Position numbers and translations under genes: made by a program. The notes under the pieces are model-generated. The model saw only the letters and a program-made list of their open reading frames with translations, ran no database searches and was not told the origin of the DNA. From a bacterium (lineage in GTDB: Bacteria; Zhuqueibacterota; Zhuqueibacteria; Residuimicrobiales; Krinioviventaceae): a stretch of DNA of 64,000 bases. The DNA lies in the NCBI GenBank assembly GCA_963693055.1, contig OY843751.1, positions 4,800,001 to 4,864,000 of the forward strand. Reading direction: 5' to 3'. This document shows positions 61,315 to 64,000 of this stretch, piece by piece (positions within the stretch are counted from its first letter, which is position 1; each line of letters starts with the position of its first letter).

Positions 61315-62388
61315 CTAGGCCTCCTCCCCGTCCTTACGTTCCGGTTCTTCCAGTGCGGGTGTGGAATCTATATCAGCCAGTTTTTGGGGATCTTTTTCAT
61401 ACGCTTCCAACCTGGCAGGACTTTCCTCAGCCAAAGCAGCTGTTTCCTCACTGATAGTTTCTTCTATGATCATTTTTGTCTTTTCAACAAAGTCAAATGC
61501 CTGTTGGGTGCTAGTTTGGGTTTCTGACTCTTGAGGTACATACTTGGCAAATTTTACAAGATCACAACCATTTAAAAAAGAGTCCATCATATCTCGATAT
61601 TCGGTTTCAAGTTGCTGACGCTCCATCTCGTCCAACAATTGAGATGTTGTCATTTCCGGTGCATCAATGTAAAACCGGTTACGAATATAATGTCGAACAA
61701 TATCAGACAATTCAATATAATATGCCTTGAATTGCTCTTTTTCTAAAAAATCGCCCGCAACCAACGCATTCAAAGCCTCAATTGCCACCTCATGCGCGGG
61801 TCTGGGTGGAACCTGTCTTACCGGCAATATAGATTTGCCCTGTTTATACCGACGATACAAATACCACGCTGCAAAAACAGCTGCCAATACCAGCAACACA
61901 ATGCCGCCAATGATAATATATTGACGGTAACTCATTGAAGGTACACGCATGGGTTTAATATCCCGAATATCACTATCAATTTCAGGATTCAAACTCTGTA
62001 TGGTTATCATTATAGGTTCGGTTTTGATGAACCGTACCGTAGAATCACTCTCGGTAGAATACCCAATCTGTAGTTCCGGTATTTCATATTCACCGGTATC
62101 AAAAGTTGACAAGAGATAATCCGTTTGAGATACGGTTTTCCCATCTTCTTTTTGAGGATCAAGGACCTTATAATCCCGCAATTCAAACATTCCCAGATTG
62201 GATGCCAGTTCCGGCATATACACCTTAACATCAGGATCATGAGTAAGGATGACTGAGTATTGGATCACATCGCCAATATAAATTGTGCTCTTGTCTACTT
62301 TGGATTCAACAGAAATGCTTCCCTGTGCCCAAAGTGCGGCTTGACACAACAAGATAATAGCGAAAATGCTTTTCTTCATTGTACGCAT
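61315..62388 (-). CDS. BatD-like/DUF4381-like membrane protein of the bat locus
   Basis: Signal peptide, IRDIKP, TM helix, EMTT, DLVKFAK; start approximate. Confidence 0.8.
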   Translation of the reverse strand: MRTMKKSIFAIILLCQAALWAQGSISVESKVDKSTIYIGDVIQYSVILTHDPDVKVYMPELASNLGMFELRDYKVLDPQKEDGKTVSQTDYLLSTFDTGEYEIPELQIGYSTESDSTVRFIKTEPIMITIQSLNPEIDSDIRDIKPMRVPSMSYRQYIIIGGIVLLVLAAVFAAWYLYRRYKQGKSILPVRQVPPRPAHEVAIEALNALVAGDFLEKEQFKAYYIELSDIVRHYIRNRFYIDAPEMTTSQLLDEMERQQLETEYRDMMDSFLNGCDLVKFAKYVPQESETQTSTQQAFDFVEKTKMIIEETISEETAALAEESPARLEAYEKDPQKLADIDSTPALEEPERKDGEEA

Positions 62389-62407
62389 TTTAATAGCAGT
62401 ATTCCTT

Positions 62408-63340
62408 TTACTGAATCCGGCTTTCATAAAACTTTACACCTTCGGCCCTGATCATTTTTTCAACCAATTCCGCATATGCCTGTTGATATTTTTGTTGATA
62501 CAAGGCCTGCATTACCTGTTCTTTAACTTCATTCAGTGGTTTTTGATTTACAATATTTCCATCTGCATCTTTGTCTGCAAAATCGTCTTTATGTGCTTCA
62601 TAATACAATTCCAAATCATTGGCTTCAACATTAACTTTTTCAGCCACACGTTCCTGCAATAACTTGCGAACCATAATTGCTTTCTTTGCCTGAAACGCAC
62701 TTTCAATCACTTCTGCATCATTATCAAGACCTGAACGTTTGGCCGTATCATACAACAACTCGGTTGCTACAAATTCACGCAAAAACTCTAGTTTTTTATC
62801 CTTGTTTGTAAACTGTTCACGGACCATTGGCGGCAACTGTGACAATTCAAAATCAAGATCGCCTTGGGTAACCTCTCGATTACCTACACGCGCCAGAACT
62901 TCACCAGGACGTTTTTTACTAACTTTGGAAGGATCCATTTGCACAGCTTCATCCAGTACCTGTTGTGCATCTTCGGAACGTTCCAAGCGCTCCAGACAGG
63001 CAATAATCTTTTTATTGACTTCCGGCATCAAACTTTCTTCAGGATACAAATGTTTGATTTCCAGATAATGAGCAAGTGCACTTTCATAATCTTTAATTCT
63101 TTCAAAGTAGGTGTTGGCAATAATATAATTCACATTTGCCCGCTCACGAGTTTCTACCTTGTAATCATCCAAATACGTTTCATAGGCTTCAATCGCATCT
63201 TTGTAAAGAGCTTTATTGATCAAATCACCCGCGTATTCACGCATTTTATCTGCACTTACTGCGGGCTTGTTGCCCTGATTACACCCCACCAACATGACTG
63301 CTACTACTAAAAGCACCCCTACCTTTTGAAAAAATTGCAT
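62408..63340 (-). CDS. TPR + SurA/PrsA-like chaperone-domain lipoprotein
   Basis: Lipobox LVGC, TPR-like helices, VLARVGNREVT, ELLY..A..GLD, YYEAHK..F. Confidence 0.7.
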   Translation of the reverse strand: MQFFQKVGVLLVVAVMLVGCNQGNKPAVSADKMREYAGDLINKALYKDAIEAYETYLDDYKVETRERANVNYIIANTYFERIKDYESALAHYLEIKHLYPEESLMPEVNKKIIACLERLERSEDAQQVLDEAVQMDPSKVSKKRPGEVLARVGNREVTQGDLDFELSQLPPMVREQFTNKDKKLEFLREFVATELLYDTAKRSGLDNDAEVIESAFQAKKAIMVRKLLQERVAEKVNVEANDLELYYEAHKDDFADKDADGNIVNQKPLNEVKEQVMQALYQQKYQQAYAELVEKMIRAEGVKFYESRIQ

Positions 63341-63356
63341 CATCCTCTCCCGTTCA

Positions 63357-64000
63357 TTATCTAAATCTCTTTGCACGCATTCTAAAAAACCGGATCAACG
63401 GCTCGAAATACGATTCATCTGTACGAATATCTATATGGTCTACATTCAAAGACCTGAACAACTTTTCCCTGACTGTTTGATTTTCCTGTGTTTTACCAAC
63501 AAACTCTTTCCTGACCGCAGGATCAGACGTGTCAAGTAAAAAAGTTTCGCCCGTTTCTGCATCCTCAAGCTCAATAAAGCCGATGCTGGGCAGATCCACT
63601 TCCCGGGGATCCGTTACGGTTATGGCAACAATATCATGCCGTTTGTTGGCAATCTGTAATGGTTTGTCATAACCGGTGCTGATAAAGTCAGAAACCAAAA
63701 ACACAACTGCACGGCGCTTTGTTACACGGCTCAGGTATTCCAGTGCTGCACCAATATTGGTTTTGCGACCCTGTGGTTTATGATATAGCAATTCACGAAC
63801 CACTCGCAACACATGAGACTTGCCCTTTTTAGGTGCCACAAACTTTTCAACCGTATCAGAAAAAATGATCAAACCCACTTTGTCATTATTCTTGATTGCC
63901 GAAAAGGCCAGCAAAGCACAAATCTCCGCGGCTATTTCACCTTTCATCTGTTCAAAGGTACCAAATTCTCCCGAAGAGCTCACATCCACCAACAACATAA
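63357..64000 (-). CDS. DUF58 vWA-like protein (5' end outside the window)
   Basis: LLVDVSSS, NNDKVGL, KGKSHVLR, SDF, DAETGE. Confidence 0.9.
   Translation of the reverse strand, partial: MLLVDVSSSGEFGTFEQMKGEIAAEICALLAFSAIKNNDKVGLIIFSDTVEKFVAPKKGKSHVLRVVRELLYHKPQGRKTNIGAALEYLSRVTKRRAVVFLVSDFISTGYDKPLQIANKRHDIVAITVTDPREVDLPSIGFIELEDAETGETFLLDTSDPAVRKEFVGKTQENQTVREKLFRSLNVDHIDIRTDESYFEPLIRFFRMRAKRFR

Overview
Low-GC bacterial chromosome segment. The gene content (TonB-dependent receptor + PorV-like barrel + proteins with 'YPNPFN' C-terminal domains, bat operon) suggests an FCB-group organism such as KSB1/Calditrichota; this is an inference. In order: partial DUF3524/GTDC1-like glycosyltransferase, three-gene transhydrogenase, Hsp20, an octaheme Otr / heptaheme-cytochrome b fusion / two YeeE-YedE (one rhodanese-fused) operon, a secreted protein with an in-frame TGA, a TBDR-FN3-PorV triad, sulfatase, pth, a six-gene mevalonate operon, rpsT, guaB, a lytic transglycosylase, split fumarase, sdhACDB, a divergent GlnE-like double nucleotidyltransferase, an ECF sigma/OsmC/TlpA cluster, tRNA-Asn, yhaM, an outer-membrane/lipoprotein/TonB cluster and a batABCDE operon. 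No mobile elements or CRISPR arrays were seen. Best lead: the 152-aa ORF at 11752-12210 reads through its TGA (context D-T-D-C-TGA-S-W-W) for 122 more codons into a FlgD/T9SS-like C-terminal domain, so it is a candidate secreted Cys-Sec selenoprotein of 275 aa. Second lead: the same ECF-like promoter motif (TTGAATCTTTT..CATC[A/T]AA) precedes both the Otr/YeeE operon and the TlpA/OsmC/ECF cluster 40 kb away.
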